In this document: one piece after another, positions 29,303-37,944 of the stretch | Numbering within the stretch: position 1 is the stretch's first letter | How the letters are laid out: each line of letters starts with the position of its first letter | IMG/VR virus record: IMGVR_UViG_3300008262_000055 | From: a virus | Lineage: Duplodnaviria > Caudoviricetes | Strand: one strand, 5' to 3' | DNA length: 64,000 nucleotides | The notes under the pieces: generated by a model | The model's input: the letters and a program-made list of their open reading frames with translations, nothing else | What the model was told of the DNA's origin: nothing | Databases searched by the model: none | Position numbers and translations under genes: made by a program

Positions 29303-29544
29303 ATTCTCCTAAAATGCGGACATGCTAACATAAAATAAGTTAGCTCTTTATCATCTTCAAATCCTAAGGTAGCACTACTGTTATCCGAATTTTGAACAAA
29401 GCAGTATCTTCCTTTTAATTTGTATTTTACCCAATCCTCTAGATCAGTTTCAAACACCTGATGTTTAACTTTGATCTTGGCAAAATGCGGAGGAATCCAA
29501 GTTAATGATCGTTTGTTTAGAACATCTAAGGGATTAAGATTCAT
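29299..29544 (-). CDS. Hypothetical protein
   Basis: 81 aa, preceded by a GTAAATA late-like motif (29550-29556). Confidence 0.6.
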   Translation of the reverse strand: MNLNPLDVLNKRSLTWIPPHFAKIKVKHQVFETDLEDWVKYKLKGRYCFVQNSDNSSATLGFEDDKELTYFMLACPHFRRI

Positions 29545-29577
29545 GATAGTATTTACGGGGATGAAATAAAAGCTGAG

Positions 29578-29967
29578 TTATTCTTGGCTCATTCGTTGGC
29601 TTAACGCCTTGCCGTAACCCAATTTTCGGATATCACCAGAAAACAAATAAAGCTCAAACGCAGCTTTTTCGGTTATTACTGTAATATCTTTCTTAGTTAT
29701 ATAATACGGGCTTTCAATGAAATTGTCAAGCCATACAAGTATTTGTGGAGTAATTGTAATTTCTTTTGGAAATTTAACTGTGTAAGTTTTGAGTTGAGCG
29801 GTTTCGGTAATAAAGTTAAGGCCTTCTTCAGTTAGCCTAAGCCCCCCGCTATCTTTATTTCTAGTATTCCACCACCAAATACTTTTTTTAGATTTTACTA
29901 AATCTTCGTTGATTTGTTCTTGGGCAGCTTTTAAGAATACTTGAGTATAAACGTCTTTGGTTTTCAT
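29578..29967 (-). CDS. Hypothetical protein
   Basis: 129 aa, overlapping its upstream neighbour. Confidence 0.6.
   Translation of the reverse strand: MKTKDVYTQVFLKAAQEQINEDLVKSKKSIWWWNTRNKDSGGLRLTEEGLNFITETAQLKTYTVKFPKEITITPQILVWLDNFIESPYYITKKDITVITEKAAFELYLFSGDIRKLGYGKALSQRMSQE
29701..29729 (-). promoter_or_regulatory. Candidate intragenic sigma70 promoter
   Basis: TTGACA-N17-TATTAT, about 155 nt upstream of ORF 29544. Confidence 0.35.
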
Positions 29968-30257
29968 TTCATCGACTTAATGATTTCGCCCTGAGTCAAT
30001 TTAACAACTTGGAAATCTTCTGTCTTGAATAATTTGTTTAGTTTCTTAGCTAGATTGTATGCGTGACCGGGATTAGAAAAACTTACCTTTTTATATTTAG
30101 GTCCAGGGTAACTTGATATAAGACTACCACTTTTTAAATTAAAAGGTTTTCCTTGATAAAAGACCGCCCATATAGCATCAGACTCAAGAATCTGTTCTAC
30201 CTTGAAATTTTCTTTGTTAGCATACTCTAACAGTACTTTTGGCTTAGGTCTACTCAT
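29964..30257 (-). CDS. Hypothetical basic protein
   Basis: 97 aa, preceded by GATAAATA (30285-30292). Confidence 0.65.
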   Translation of the reverse strand: MSRPKPKVLLEYANKENFKVEQILESDAIWAVFYQGKPFNLKSGSLISSYPGPKYKKVSFSNPGHAYNLAKKLNKLFKTEDFQVVKLTQGEIIKSMK

Positions 30258-30295
30258 CTATATCTCTATAATAATACACGCATATATTTATCTCT

Positions 30296-30544
30296 CTAGA
30301 AAGTTCCTCCATCCATCTGGACTGATACTTGTTGCTGTTCACCAGTTAGTTTATCCAATCTAGCATGTATTTCTTGTATTTGTTTACCCAATTTAGAAGT
30401 TAATAGACTAAGATCTGTAACAAGTTCTCGAGCTTCTTGAACTGTGATTCTAATCTCTTTTTGATTGGTTTTTTCTGCTGCTATTACTCTTTGGATAAGA
30501 CGCTCTACACTAGGCATTTGGGTTGATAATTTATCTTGAGACAT
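30296..30544 (-). CDS. Hypothetical coiled-coil protein
   Basis: 82 aa heptad-rich ORF. Confidence 0.6.
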   Translation of the reverse strand: MSQDKLSTQMPSVERLIQRVIAAEKTNQKEIRITVQEARELVTDLSLLTSKLGKQIQEIHARLDKLTGEQQQVSVQMDGGTF

Positions 30545-31007
30545 GTGATAACCTTTGACGCATTTCTACTTCTGTTTTAAAAGGGCCTTCGTATTGATAA
30601 CGTTGTAGAGTTATCAGTTTAGGACAAAATGATTTAACCCAACCTTTGTCAAATTTAATAACATAGTAACCAGCACAATACAAACTTTTGCTGTCGCCGC
30701 TTTTTGTAAACAGCGGAAGTTTTTTCTGAATGTCGTACATGGCATTATGTGGATCGGCACTAGTAGGATATCCATGAACTTCTAATGGAAGAGAATCTCT
30801 TGCCTCTTTAAGAATTTTTACAACAAAAAAGTCTTTACCAAATTGGTCAGTTAAACTTTTTTTTGTTTCGTAAATCTTAACACCGTTGTCATTACTCATA
30901 ACAAATCGTTCATCTTCGTTTTTTCGAAGTGTGGCTATCTTTTCGCCATTCTCTTCTACTATCCAAAATTTATTATCGATGATGGGTTTAGCATGTATGT
31001 CTGTCAT
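30531..31007 (-). CDS. Hypothetical protein
   Basis: 158 aa; GAGG SD upstream. Confidence 0.65.
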   Translation of the reverse strand: MTDIHAKPIIDNKFWIVEENGEKIATLRKNEDERFVMSNDNGVKIYETKKSLTDQFGKDFFVVKILKEARDSLPLEVHGYPTSADPHNAMYDIQKKLPLFTKSGDSKSLYCAGYYVIKFDKGWVKSFCPKLITLQRYQYEGPFKTEVEMRQRLSHVSR

Positions 31008-31990
31008 TGTGTATACCTCGCATTAAGTGGTTCTGAATAACTTTGTGCTTGATCAGAAATCTTTTTAAGATCAAACAGATTACAAAATTTCATCAATCTA
31101 ATACCAACCTGACTGATATTTTTATTAGCAGTAATAGCTGTCTGAATTGTTTGATTAATAATACCTTTGATATCGTCGGGTTGATGTGCTAGATCAATTA
31201 GTCTACGGTTGCGTTCATAATCTTCTAACACACGATGTTCTTTACCTTCGTGGTCAGTCCATCTCTGAAGCATGAGATTGTTCCACGAATATCCTTTGCT
31301 TTTACGATCTTCGAACGCTTCACTAAGACCCACTTTTTTGCTTGTGCCTTTAGTACGCACACCTGGATATGCCGAGAAGACATTATCACTGGTATCACCA
31401 CGCATACATTTTTCAAATAAGAGCCACTCTGGATCCGGTGCTGCTTTTTCTTCGCCTGTTTTTTTGTCTTTAACTTTGTTACCTTTGGCATCAAAATAAC
31501 CTTCGTGTGTAATAGTAACTTCGCTGACTCCGTTATATTGTTTAACGTTAGGAGCAATCAATTGTTCAAAGTCGCTATCTGTGGAAATTATTACATGTTT
31601 TGATTGTGGGTGATTTTGAATCCAGCCTGCAATAAGATCGTCGGCTTCTAGTTGAGGATTTTGTAGTACTGTACAATTTGTTTTGTCAGATACAAATTCT
31701 TTAAATGTATCAAATGCTTCCCAAAACAATTTATCTTCTTCTTGTTCTTTAGCAGTTAATGCCGCACGGGCATCGCTGCGATTACGTTTATAAGGACCAT
31801 AATAGTCTTTACGCCACGAGCGACCTTCTAAACAGAATATAACATGACTGCCGTTAAAATCCTGCCATGCTTTACGTATGGAATTTAAGGTAATATGAAA
31901 AGCCATGCCAATTTTAATGTCAGCGTCGCCGCGGACTACGTGTCTAGCACGAAAAAACGTGTTAGCAGTATCTACTAGTATATATGTCAT
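31004..31990 (-). CDS. rnh: T4 RNase H-like 5'-3' exonuclease (FEN family)
   Basis: ILVDTAN, EADDLIA, STDSDF and GDTSDN acidic motifs. Confidence 0.9.
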   Translation of the reverse strand: MTYILVDTANTFFRARHVVRGDADIKIGMAFHITLNSIRKAWQDFNGSHVIFCLEGRSWRKDYYGPYKRNRSDARAALTAKEQEEDKLFWEAFDTFKEFVSDKTNCTVLQNPQLEADDLIAGWIQNHPQSKHVIISTDSDFEQLIAPNVKQYNGVSEVTITHEGYFDAKGNKVKDKKTGEEKAAPDPEWLLFEKCMRGDTSDNVFSAYPGVRTKGTSKKVGLSEAFEDRKSKGYSWNNLMLQRWTDHEGKEHRVLEDYERNRRLIDLAHQPDDIKGIINQTIQTAITANKNISQVGIRLMKFCNLFDLKKISDQAQSYSEPLNARYTQ

Positions 31991-32415
31991 GAAACTTCAG
32001 ACTTTCCTTTAGAAATAGGTGTAACATTAATGTATCCTGCTGGTCTATTAGTATCCATACCTTCTTCTGATAACATTTGTCTTACAATGTCTCTAAACCA
32101 ACGATCTACGATTTCTTCCTCAGGGTCACCGTCAAAACCGTAACCCTCTTGCTTTAATTTTAACACAAATTGGTCGTTCCAGTCAAGTTCGAAAAAACCA
32201 TTTCGAATATTATCTGGATTTACTTTGGTATCGAGGACGCTAACCCAAGGCTCATTTTTATGAGTAGCTCTTTCTTTTGGTGTTAGTTTAGCCTGCTCAG
32301 CTTCTTCTTGTGCCCGAACTGTTTCGGCTACGGCTTTATCTCTGGCTGCTTGTAATGCTTCTTTTTCTGCCTTTAATTTATCGAGGCCAAACACTTTATC
32401 TATAATTTTTTTCAT
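31987..32415 (-). CDS. Hypothetical protein
   Basis: The ATG at 32415 overlaps the queE stop (TAATG). Confidence 0.65.
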   Translation of the reverse strand: MKKIIDKVFGLDKLKAEKEALQAARDKAVAETVRAQEEAEQAKLTPKERATHKNEPWVSVLDTKVNPDNIRNGFFELDWNDQFVLKLKQEGYGFDGDPEEEIVDRWFRDIVRQMLSEEGMDTNRPAGYINVTPISKGKSEVS

Positions 32416-33275
32416 TAAGTTCCCCACTCATTTTTAAATAACGGTACCTGTAGTCTGTCGCTATAACGTAAACCTGCTTTTATTGCTAGTTCAGCCACCC
32501 GTCGATTGTTAAGTGTGTAGACACTTTCTACACCTCCCACGGGCATCAAATATACAGGACCACTAAAACCTTCAGCACGATAAATGTCTACAGTCTCAAT
32601 AGCTTCTTCTGCATCTTCTTCTGTAGCTATTACAAATTTAAGATATGTATAACCAACTTCTTCGTATTCACACACCACACTTGGTAATATAGCTTCGTGT
32701 CTTGACTCTCCTGAACAGCTCAGTTTAGCACTTACACTGAAGGTTAATCTATGATAACCTCTATTTTCCATACCCCAGTCTAAAAGATATTTTTTAAATT
32801 CTGGAGTGAGCGGTTGAGTACCGTTTGTTTCAAAGGTAATCTCTTTGAGATTTTTCATCTTAGGATGATCTAACAGTTCGGGGTAAGCACGTTGCCACCC
32901 AAGCAGCGGTTCTCCTCCTGTGATGACGAGGTGTTCGTCTCTCCATTCATTGAACGGTAAAATCTCGCAGATTCTTTCTGCGATGGCGTCGGAAGTAAGC
33001 ATTGGGCTAAGGTCTTTAAAAGCAGGATGCCAGCTAGCGTAACTATCACAACCAGTAGAAACCAATGGAAGTTCTTCATATTTTTGAAATGATTCAATAT
33101 TTGCGTGTGTATAGGCAATGTCGTCGGCTTCAATGCTTATATCACCTTTAGGCATACCAAAGCCAGCACATTTAAAGTTACAACCAAATGTGCGTAAGAA
33201 CACAGAAGGTACGCCCATATAACGTCCTTCTCCTTGTACGCTGTAAAACAGCTCTGCGATTTTAATTTTGCTCAT
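32415..33275 (-). CDS. queE: 7-carboxy-7-deazaguanine synthase (radical SAM)
   Basis: IAELFYSVQGEG..PSVFLRTFGCN..GCDS..VITGGEP..ETNGT..LTFSVSAK; C-terminal RLQV. Confidence 0.85.
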   Translation of the reverse strand: MSKIKIAELFYSVQGEGRYMGVPSVFLRTFGCNFKCAGFGMPKGDISIEADDIAYTHANIESFQKYEELPLVSTGCDSYASWHPAFKDLSPMLTSDAIAERICEILPFNEWRDEHLVITGGEPLLGWQRAYPELLDHPKMKNLKEITFETNGTQPLTPEFKKYLLDWGMENRGYHRLTFSVSAKLSCSGESRHEAILPSVVCEYEEVGYTYLKFVIATEEDAEEAIETVDIYRAEGFSGPVYLMPVGGVESVYTLNNRRVAELAIKAGLRYSDRLQVPLFKNEWGT

Positions 33276-33540
33276 AGATGTTTGACCATTTTTTTAATTT
33301 TTCAAATTTAGCTTTTTTAGCACTTTCCATTTTGTCTTTGGAAATTATACCGTCTTTTTCTAAAAGATCAACCATAGCTAACAGGTCACCTAGTTCTTCT
33401 TCTAGATGCTCTCTGTTTGTCTTGGGCTTTCCTGGTTTGTAATTATCGATTCCAAAACGATTAATTTTAGAAACTGCTTGTATGACTTCGGAACATTCTT
33501 CTTGGAGAATGCTCATAATTTCGTGAGATTTAGTATTCAT
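33262..33540 (-). CDS. MazG-like NTP pyrophosphohydrolase
   Basis: LQEECSEVIQA..LEEELGDLL (EExxE..EExxD); likely start MNTKSHE at 33540. Confidence 0.75.
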   Translation of the reverse strand: MNTKSHEIMSILQEECSEVIQAVSKINRFGIDNYKPGKPKTNREHLEEELGDLLAMVDLLEKDGIISKDKMESAKKAKFEKLKKWSNIYEQN

Positions 33541-33546
33541 ACTAAT

Positions 33547-33576
33547 ATTATACACTCTCTTTGTTCTCGTTGTCAA
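33547..33576 (-). promoter_or_regulatory. sigma70 consensus promoter (probable leaderless transcript)
   Basis: TTGACA-N18-TATAAT, followed by 6 nt and then the ATG at 33540. Confidence 0.7.
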
Positions 33577-33715
33577 GCTTCTTAGATAACATCCAAGAAC
33601 CATCGCCATTATCTTTCCAAACTAAAACATCCCCTTCTTTCCAACCATTAGCTTCTAGGAGATCGGGCGGAAAGGTTATTACTCCGTCATCATCAATAGT
33701 TAAAACCCATTTCAT
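33548..33715 (-). CDS. AbrB/SpoVT-like small DNA-binding protein (not in the ORF track)
   Basis: MKWVLTIDDDGVITFPPDLLEANGWKEGDVLVWKDNGDGSWMLSKKLDNENKESV (55 aa) has an AbrB-type pattern. Confidence 0.7.
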   Translation of the reverse strand: MKWVLTIDDDGVITFPPDLLEANGWKEGDVLVWKDNGDGSWMLSKKLDNENKESV

Positions 33716-34295
33716 ACAACTTCTCCTTAATTCGTTGAGCTACAATTTTATTACCTTCTTCGGTATAATGATTTACTAGTCCTCTATGAAAGGTCCAGTG
33801 ACTAGTAAAATCCATGTGTAATTCTTCAAAAGCATGATTACAACTAGTTGGTGTATGATCTATAGCTAGATAAGGCAGCTTAATCAATCTACGAATTTCT
33901 CTTCTAACAATATCGTAGATATCTGTTTGATATTGTTCATCATAATGATGTTTGAACCAATTGTAGGCTGTAACAGTACTTTCATTTTTAGGATCTAGAT
34001 TAGCTTCTACATCACTAAAGATCAAATCACAGTTAGCGTGTAACTTGCTTTGATGTATGGGATTAAGGGTGTGAACTCTAAAAGGACTAGTATGATTTAC
34101 TATTACTAAATCAAATTTATCTAAATTTTGATTCTTAATCTGATTTAATATTTTATATTCACCTACTCCGGCCTGAGAAACGTTAGTAATATTATAATCT
34201 TTTTTTAATAACTCGGGCCAACCAGACGGACTGTCGGGCCATTTAGCAGAGAAACTATCACCTGCTAATAAAATTTTTAAATTGTTTTTAGCCAT
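33693..34295 (-). CDS. SGNH/GDSL-like protein
   Basis: LLAGDSF (block I), QAG (block II), NHY near the C-terminus. Confidence 0.6.
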   Translation of the reverse strand: MAKNNLKILLAGDSFSAKWPDSPSGWPELLKKDYNITNVSQAGVGEYKILNQIKNQNLDKFDLVIVNHTSPFRVHTLNPIHQSKLHANCDLIFSDVEANLDPKNESTVTAYNWFKHHYDEQYQTDIYDIVRREIRRLIKLPYLAIDHTPTSCNHAFEELHMDFTSHWTFHRGLVNHYTEEGNKIVAQRIKEKLYEMGFNY

Positions 34296-35095
34296 GGAAT
34301 AAATTTAGTAGCAATTAAATCGTGAAACGATTTGTTGTAGTGTTCATTGTCGTCAAGATAATATTTTTTGTGATCAATGAATTTCTTTCTAAAGAACGAT
34401 TCTACTGTAACAGGTGATATTATAGTAGACTTTAATTTTGTATAAAAATCAAACTTTTCCGGAAATTTTACTCTGTCGGTCATATTAAACAGATAGAGTT
34501 TACAACCGTGATCTTCACACATTCTATCCATAACAAGTACATCTTTAAAAAAATCTCTTTGTTCTAGATGAGTATTTAGATCAAAGAATAATTTTACATC
34601 CATGTATGTATCTTTTCGGAGATCTGGTTTTATTAGACCATTTTGATAATCAAAATTAATATCAGCAATTTTTCCAAAATCTTCAAATGTTGGTTTGTTA
34701 AGAAGTTGAAAACGATCGTCTTTAAATATTTGATCATAATACAGATCAACTAACGGATTCTTTTTTTCGTGTTTTAATGTAAAAAAATCTGCCGGTAATG
34801 TATCTTGCGAAAGAGTTTCGTTAAACGCAAGAACAAATCTATTAAAGCTAGATAATAAAACATACACTTCGTCAATGTCGGGGTGTCTATCTAACATAAC
34901 ACGTAACCAATCTGGATATATTCGATTACACACGCCCGGTAACGCATACACCGATGTTGGCTTAGAAAAAGTTTCAGCGTATGACTCTGCGTAGCTATTA
35001 TCATTCCACATACTATAACTACCAAAGCCAACCTTGCCGGGAATAGTTACATATCCGCACGTATGACTATCGCCTAAAAATAATGCCCTACTCAT
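34277..35095 (-). CDS. SGNH/GDSL-like protein
   Basis: LFLGDSHT (block I) and DNEH (DxxH, block V). Confidence 0.6.
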   Translation of the reverse strand: MSRALFLGDSHTCGYVTIPGKVGFGSYSMWNDNSYAESYAETFSKPTSVYALPGVCNRIYPDWLRVMLDRHPDIDEVYVLLSSFNRFVLAFNETLSQDTLPADFFTLKHEKKNPLVDLYYDQIFKDDRFQLLNKPTFEDFGKIADINFDYQNGLIKPDLRKDTYMDVKLFFDLNTHLEQRDFFKDVLVMDRMCEDHGCKLYLFNMTDRVKFPEKFDFYTKLKSTIISPVTVESFFRKKFIDHKKYYLDDNEHYNKSFHDLIATKFIPWLKTI

Positions 35096-35295
35096 GTGGT
35101 ATACCTGCTGTTATTTTTCTCGTGATATTCTTTTCTTAATCTACGACACTCTTCTTTAACTTCGATAGGAAAGTCAGGGCTGATTTCAGATATAGTACAA
35201 TCATAAATTTTAGTCCGCGGGTTTCCTAAGTCAGAAGTTAACATAATGAATACACAAAATAGCACTGCTATAATTATGATAATCCTGTCTCTCAT
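35092..35295 (-). CDS. Small membrane-anchored protein
   Basis: MRDRIIIIIAVLFCVFIML hydrophobic N-terminus; two further Cys. Confidence 0.55.
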   Translation of the reverse strand: MRDRIIIIIAVLFCVFIMLTSDLGNPRTKIYDCTISEISPDFPIEVKEECRRLRKEYHEKNNSRYTT

Positions 35296-35486
35296 ATTTC
35301 CTCGCTGATCATTAGCTTGCAAAAGAAAGCATCTTTTTCGTTTTTAAAAAAGAACTTCATATCGTCAGCAGACACTTCAGTAGTGTATTTGTCCCCTGGC
35401 AAACCAAAGTGTTCAAGGATTTTAGCACAAGTTTCGTTCCAAAAAACATTACTTTGATTTTTCCAAGGTATCTTAATTTCAGTCAT
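35292..35486 (-). CDS. Hypothetical protein
   Basis: 64 aa, overlapping neighbours. Confidence 0.55.
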   Translation of the reverse strand: MTEIKIPWKNQSNVFWNETCAKILEHFGLPGDKYTTEVSADDMKFFFKNEKDAFFCKLMISEEI

Positions 35487-35682
35487 TAAAATATTTTTCC
35501 ATTACTTCAAGTTTATCCATATATTCAGCAATCTGAGCAACTTCTTTTTCAATAGCATCCATAAGATCTGTATGATCGTGAATGGCCATAGGATTAGCTA
35601 ACATAATGTCAACATTCATTTTATGTTTTAGAATGTGTGCTTCGAAATGTTGCTTTAGTGTTTCGACAATTTGCTTTTTCAT
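35479..35682 (-). CDS. Hypothetical protein
   Basis: 67 aa helical hairpin-like ORF. Confidence 0.55.
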   Translation of the reverse strand: MKKQIVETLKQHFEAHILKHKMNVDIMLANPMAIHDHTDLMDAIEKEVAQIAEYMDKLEVMEKYFND

Positions 35683-36071
35683 TTTGATTTCCTATAATTT
35701 CCCTTTTCGGGTATTACATGTCTAACCCCACCTGTGGGATCTTCCATGTCGCCTTTGCGTCTCGGTATTAGATGAACATGTGGCCATTCAACAGTTTGAC
35801 CAGCAGCTTTACCATAGTTGAGACCTACGTTAAATCCGTCCCATATACCCTGCTCTACTTGTAGTTTGCCAAATCGAACAGCATCTTCAATCGAGTCCAT
35901 CAACACAGCAACGGTGTTGTATTTAGGTACATATAATAGATGGCCTTCAGTTACTGGATATTTGTCAGCAAATACCTTAGTATGAAAGTCTTCGCTAATA
36001 ACAGTTTCCCATGGAGCGTCTGTTGAATCATCAATACACGGAGGTTGACTGTGTATTACGGTTTGGTTCAT
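35679..36071 (-). CDS. HIT-family nucleotide hydrolase
   Basis: DKYPVTEGHLLYVPK..GFNVGLNYG..AGQTVEWPHVHLIPRR; the first His of HxHxH is replaced by Trp. Confidence 0.9.
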   Translation of the reverse strand: MNQTVIHSQPPCIDDSTDAPWETVISEDFHTKVFADKYPVTEGHLLYVPKYNTVAVLMDSIEDAVRFGKLQVEQGIWDGFNVGLNYGKAAGQTVEWPHVHLIPRRKGDMEDPTGGVRHVIPEKGNYRKSK

Positions 36072-36295
36072 CGTTGAAATTCCTTACGTTCTTGTGGTAG
36101 ATCGTTTTCTCGAACTACAAATTCACGCCCGCCTAAACTTCCTACAAATGCTTTGGTACGTTCCATATAGGCCAATCTTAGTTTAATAGTTTGGAATGCT
36201 ACTTCTAAAAATGCTTTAGGTTTGTATCCTAAAATATGCATATCAAAGTCTTTGCCTGCGTCTGTACAGTGAACTTTAATTTTTTGATCAATCAT
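36068..36295 (-). CDS. Hypothetical protein
   Basis: About 75 aa with ATGA overlap. Confidence 0.55.
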   Translation of the reverse strand: MIDQKIKVHCTDAGKDFDMHILGYKPKAFLEVAFQTIKLRLAYMERTKAFVGSLGGREFVVRENDLPQERKEFQR

Positions 36296-36798
36296 TTCGT
36301 CCACCAATCTTCAAAAGGAAAATCAATCCAAACATCTTTTTCTGCTTTGTTTATCTCTTCGCCAATATAATCCATTGGCACTTCAGCTTTGCTAGCAAGA
36401 TTATCAAACACAGTGGCAAATCTTACATTGTCATTCCACACTTCGGCCCATTTGGAATCGTTAGAAAAACATCCACTAGGCCAGTCATTTAAAATCCAAT
36501 TAATTGTAGCACCAGTATCGTTGATATCATCAACAATGAGAATCTTCTTGTCATTAAACGCATCTTCAGCCATCCACAGATTGCTTTCAGTAGCGTGTTC
36601 CCCGCCGTTGTCTCTAAGGCTTACCTTTAATGCTTCACATGGCACATTAAAATATTGACTGATCATTACAGCAGGTAATAATCCGCCTCTAGTAATTCCT
36701 ACTATATAATCAGGACGCCAACTACTTAAACTGATATCTCTACATATTTTTGCTATCAGGTTTTGGAATTCTATCCAACTAACTTTACGCTTTACCAT
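36292..36798 (-). CDS. Type I phosphoribosyltransferase (Gpt-like)
   Basis: IVGITRGGLLPA; PRPP-binding motif ILIVDDINDTGAT; WIDFPFE. Confidence 0.9.
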   Translation of the reverse strand: MVKRKVSWIEFQNLIAKICRDISLSSWRPDYIVGITRGGLLPAVMISQYFNVPCEALKVSLRDNGGEHATESNLWMAEDAFNDKKILIVDDINDTGATINWILNDWPSGCFSNDSKWAEVWNDNVRFATVFDNLASKAEVPMDYIGEEINKAEKDVWIDFPFEDWWTK

Positions 36799-37249
36799 TA
36801 GACTCCTTACGTTGTGCTATATATTTTTCGTTTTGTATCCATTTGTTGTTAACAAGAAATCCCCATTCTCTTTTTTGAGGACCTGGCATGAATAACGTCC
36901 AAGCAGTTACTCCTTCTTTTAGCTCAATACGATGATAACTGTTTGGACTACAAATTCTAAAATGACCAGGGCCACGCCAGTATTTTATTTCGTTAATTTT
37001 TTTACCTAGAGTGTTAAACACTGGGACCCATTCGTAGTACCCACCAGCAAGAATTAGTGTAGCATACGGCCATGGATGATCATGAACATCATCGGGATCA
37101 CCTTTTAAGAACTTATGTAAGAATATGTTAAAGGGAAAACGCTCGCGATCTTTAAGAAAAAGATAGTAGCGTTCTAGATATGGTTCGTTATCTACACGAT
37201 CCATGATGATACGTTTGCGACCTAGTCGTTCAAGCAGTTTCAACAACAT
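36785..37249 (-). CDS. Cupin-fold metalloprotein
   Basis: VHDHPW..LILAGGYYE..YHRIEL..WTLF cupin metal motifs. Confidence 0.7.
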   Translation of the reverse strand: MLLKLLERLGRKRIIMDRVDNEPYLERYYLFLKDRERFPFNIFLHKFLKGDPDDVHDHPWPYATLILAGGYYEWVPVFNTLGKKINEIKYWRGPGHFRICSPNSYHRIELKEGVTAWTLFMPGPQKREWGFLVNNKWIQNEKYIAQRKESNGKA

Positions 37250-37652
37250 CTCTTACCTCTTGGTCTAGATAACGGATTAATTCTTTGTCAGTAGGTTCGA
37301 CAGTATAATTCTGTTTGAAAAAGATCTCATAACTGTCTGAACCATATTTACCAATGCCATATAATATTGTAGCATCATTTCCGTCCCAGGTCAAATAACC
37401 TCTGCTCATTCCGATCAATCTCTTATAACGGACATTAACCATTCCCAAAGGCTGTATGATGCTTTTGACGAATTCTTCATCAGCGTTTATCAGTGTGATA
37501 GGATCGGGAAACCAATATAGGAATTCTGGCAGGCAGGTCTTAACAGGCTTTCGACTGGTCTGATTAAGCATTATGACACCTACAAAGTGTTCCCATGAGT
37601 TCGAGATCTGTTGTTGTACCATTAGGTCGTCACGTAGAGGGTTGAACCACAT
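37230..37652 (-). CDS. MBD4-like HhH-GPD DNA glycosylase domain
   Basis: WEHFVGVIMLNQTS..FLYWFP..AD..IIQPLGM..LYGIGKYGSDSYEIF closely parallels the MBD4 catalytic domain (LHGIGKYGNDSYRIF), with the catalytic Asp present. Confidence 0.8.
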   Translation of the reverse strand: MWFNPLRDDLMVQQQISNSWEHFVGVIMLNQTSRKPVKTCLPEFLYWFPDPITLINADEEFVKSIIQPLGMVNVRYKRLIGMSRGYLTWDGNDATILYGIGKYGSDSYEIFFKQNYTVEPTDKELIRYLDQEVRDVVETA

Positions 37653-37654
37653 GA

Positions 37655-37726
37655 TTATTTCCTAATAAAGATCCATAAGATGACACCAACGACGATTCCA
37701 ACTATCATACCTAGAGCGAACAGCAT
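37655..37726 (-). CDS. 23-aa single-pass membrane peptide (not in the ORF track)
   Basis: MLFALGMIVGIVVGVILWIFIRK*; exactly fills the gap with TAATG coupling. Confidence 0.55.
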   Translation of the reverse strand: MLFALGMIVGIVVGVILWIFIRK

Positions 37727-37944
37727 TATTCTACTCCTTCGCCAAACCAGTCATCGACCTGCTGTTCAGCTTCTTGCTGTGTCATGGCATGTACGAATAT
37801 TTTAGCAAGTTCACCTTGAGTATGTTGAATATTAAATTTAATAACACCTGCAGGGATCAAATCCCAGTCTCTTTCAACTACAAATTCTTGTAGATGTTTC
37901 ATTCTGTGTATTAAATTATCTGTGAGGGCTTTGGCTGTGCTCAT
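37726..37944 (-). CDS. Hypothetical protein
   Basis: 72 aa, ATGA overlap with the folE stop. Confidence 0.55.
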   Translation of the reverse strand: MSTAKALTDNLIHRMKHLQEFVVERDWDLIPAGVIKFNIQHTQGELAKIFVHAMTQQEAEQQVDDWFGEGVE

